The position numbers and the translations under genes are program-made. Shown one piece after another: positions 48,300 through 49,523 of a stretch of 49,523 nt of DNA. Numbering within the stretch: position 1 is the stretch's first letter; the number at the start of each line of letters is the position of its first letter. The notes beneath the pieces are model-generated. The model had not been told where the DNA came from, did not search any database, and worked only from the letters and a program-made list of their open reading frames with translations. The stretch comes from Myxococcota bacterium (lineage in GTDB: Bacteria > Myxococcota_A > Polyangia > Polyangiales > Sandaracinaceae), in assembly GCA_036149055.1 (NCBI GenBank), contig JAYZQJ010000260.1:1-49523 (forward strand), read 5' to 3'.

Positions 48300-48733
48300 T
48301 GCAGGCCCAGCAGATCCCGCGGAGCAACGGCCACGGCCCGGCGCGCGTCGATCTCGAGGAGCGGAAGATCGGGCAGCTGATGAGCGCGATCTCGAGGGAC
48401 ACCTCGCTGCTCGTCGATCAGGAGCTCGAGCTCTTCCGTCGCGAGATGGACGCGCGCATCAGCCGCGTGGAGAAGCACGGCGCCGTGCTCGGGGCCGGGA
48501 GCCTGATCGCGTACGTCGGCGTCCTCGCGCTGACGGCCGCGCTGATCCTCGGGCTCGCCACGTTCATGAGCGGCTGGATCGCCGCCCTCCTCGTCGGCGC
48601 GCTCTACGCGGGGATCGGCGGGGTGATGGTCCTGCGCGGCAAGCGGAAGCTCGCCGAGACCGAGCTCCGTCCCGACAAGACCATTCGCAGCGTGAAGACC
48701 GACGCCTGGACCCTGAAGGAGGCGGCCCGATGA
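48299..48733 (+). CDS. YhjD/DUF1469 ('phage holin family') membrane protein
   Basis: IGQLMSAISRDTSLLVDQELELFRREM, two TM segments, PDKTIRSVKTD; TGATG overlap. Confidence 0.88.
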   Translation: MQAQQIPRSNGHGPARVDLEERKIGQLMSAISRDTSLLVDQELELFRREMDARISRVEKHGAVLGAGSLIAYVGVLALTAALILGLATFMSGWIAALLVGALYAGIGGVMVLRGKRKLAETELRPDKTIRSVKTDAWTLKEAAR

Positions 48734-49488
48734 ACGACGACAACAACGAAATTCAGGAGCTCCGCGCCAACATCGTGGAGACCCGAGAGCGGCTCGCCGC
48801 GGAGGTCGAGGAGGTCGGCGACCGGCTGACCCCGGGCCACGCCAAGGAGGTCGCGAAGGAGAAGATCTTGGAAGCCAAGGACCAAGCCATCGAGACGGCG
48901 CGAGACGGCGCCATCCGCGCGGGCCGCACGTTCGCGGACACCGTGAGAGACAACCCCATCCCCACCGCCATGGTCGCGGTCGGCGCCGGCTGGCTGCTCT
49001 ACGAGACCTTCGGCCCCAAGCGGAAGGTCGAGCGGGTCGCGCGCGACGCCGCGTCCAGCGCCCGCGGCGCGGTGGCCGACACGGCCGACGTCGCGCGCGC
49101 GAAGCTCGAGCGAGCCGGATCCGTCGCCGGTGACAAGGCGGCGCGGGTCCGCGATCGCGCGAGCGAGCTCGTCGACGAGGGGCGCTACCAGGCGCAGCGG
49201 GGCTGGGTCCGCACGCAGGACGCGTACGACGCCCAGCCGCTGGCGTTCGGGGCCGCGGCCCTCGTCGCCGGCATCGGGCTCGGCATGCTCATGCCCTCCA
49301 CCCGGCGCGAGGACGAGCTGCTCGGCGAGCGTCGCCAGCAGGTGATCGACCGCGCCAAGCACCTCGGCGAGGAGGCCAAGCAGGTCGCGCTCGCCTCGGC
49401 CCGCGAGGGCGCCCAGCGCGCGAAGCAGACCGCGAAGCGCGAGGTGCGACGGAGCGAGCTGCCCAGCAACGGCCGCTCGTACAGCTGA
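48730..49488 (+). CDS. DUF3618-domain protein
   Basis: ELRANIVETRERLAAEVEEVGDRLTP; VRDNPIPTAMVAVGAGWL; QPLAFGAAALVAGIGLGMLMPSTRREDELLG. Confidence 0.88.
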   Translation: MNDDNNEIQELRANIVETRERLAAEVEEVGDRLTPGHAKEVAKEKILEAKDQAIETARDGAIRAGRTFADTVRDNPIPTAMVAVGAGWLLYETFGPKRKVERVARDAASSARGAVADTADVARAKLERAGSVAGDKAARVRDRASELVDEGRYQAQRGWVRTQDAYDAQPLAFGAAALVAGIGLGMLMPSTRREDELLGERRQQVIDRAKHLGEEAKQVALASAREGAQRAKQTAKREVRRSELPSNGRSYS

Positions 49489-49523
49489 CTTGTCGGGCAG
49501 GGGCGGGTCCGCCCCCGCCCCCC

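Noticed and set aside
48299..48733. Holin as evidence of a prophage
   Set aside because: YhjD/DUF1469 family in its usual chromosomal stress-cluster context; no phage genes nearby.
49495..49523. GC hairpin after DUF3618 as a terminator
   Set aside because: Truncated by the window edge; no U-tract visible.

Overview
Very GC-rich window from what is most likely a myxobacterium (Polyangiales/Sandaracinaceae-like). This is inferred from the eukaryotic-type Ser/Thr kinases, hybrid histidine kinases, PilT paralogues, an ECF-FecR module and about ten Cys-rich or low-complexity lipoproteins. About 42 real CDS are supported; most long ORFs in the track are GC-frame shadows. No rRNA, tRNA, CRISPR array, transposase or integrase is visible. 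Main blocks: (1) a signalling cluster of four histidine kinases, three of them tandem paralogues each preceded by a sigma54-type box, plus a Ser/Thr kinase-HDOD fusion; (2) assorted housekeeping and regulatory genes; (3) a 1,020-bp one-gene cassette bounded by a 33-bp perfect inverted repeat and a 10-bp direct repeat, whose excision would rebuild a single perfect hairpin. This is the strongest unexplained structure in the window; (4) a co-oriented run of Kazal-like lipoprotein, HEAT-repeat-PilT fusion, second PilT, TPR/Pro-rich protein, SdpA-like protein and HTTM protein, with no pilus genes; (5) an ECF sigma/FecR locus with twin back-to-back candidate promoters; (6) a MauG/bCcP-family di-heme enzyme with His at the usual Met/Tyr ligand position; (7) a pseudokinase, trkH and a DUF883-like/YhjD-holin/DUF3618 stress cluster. 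All family assignments are from motif reading by eye; no database search was run.
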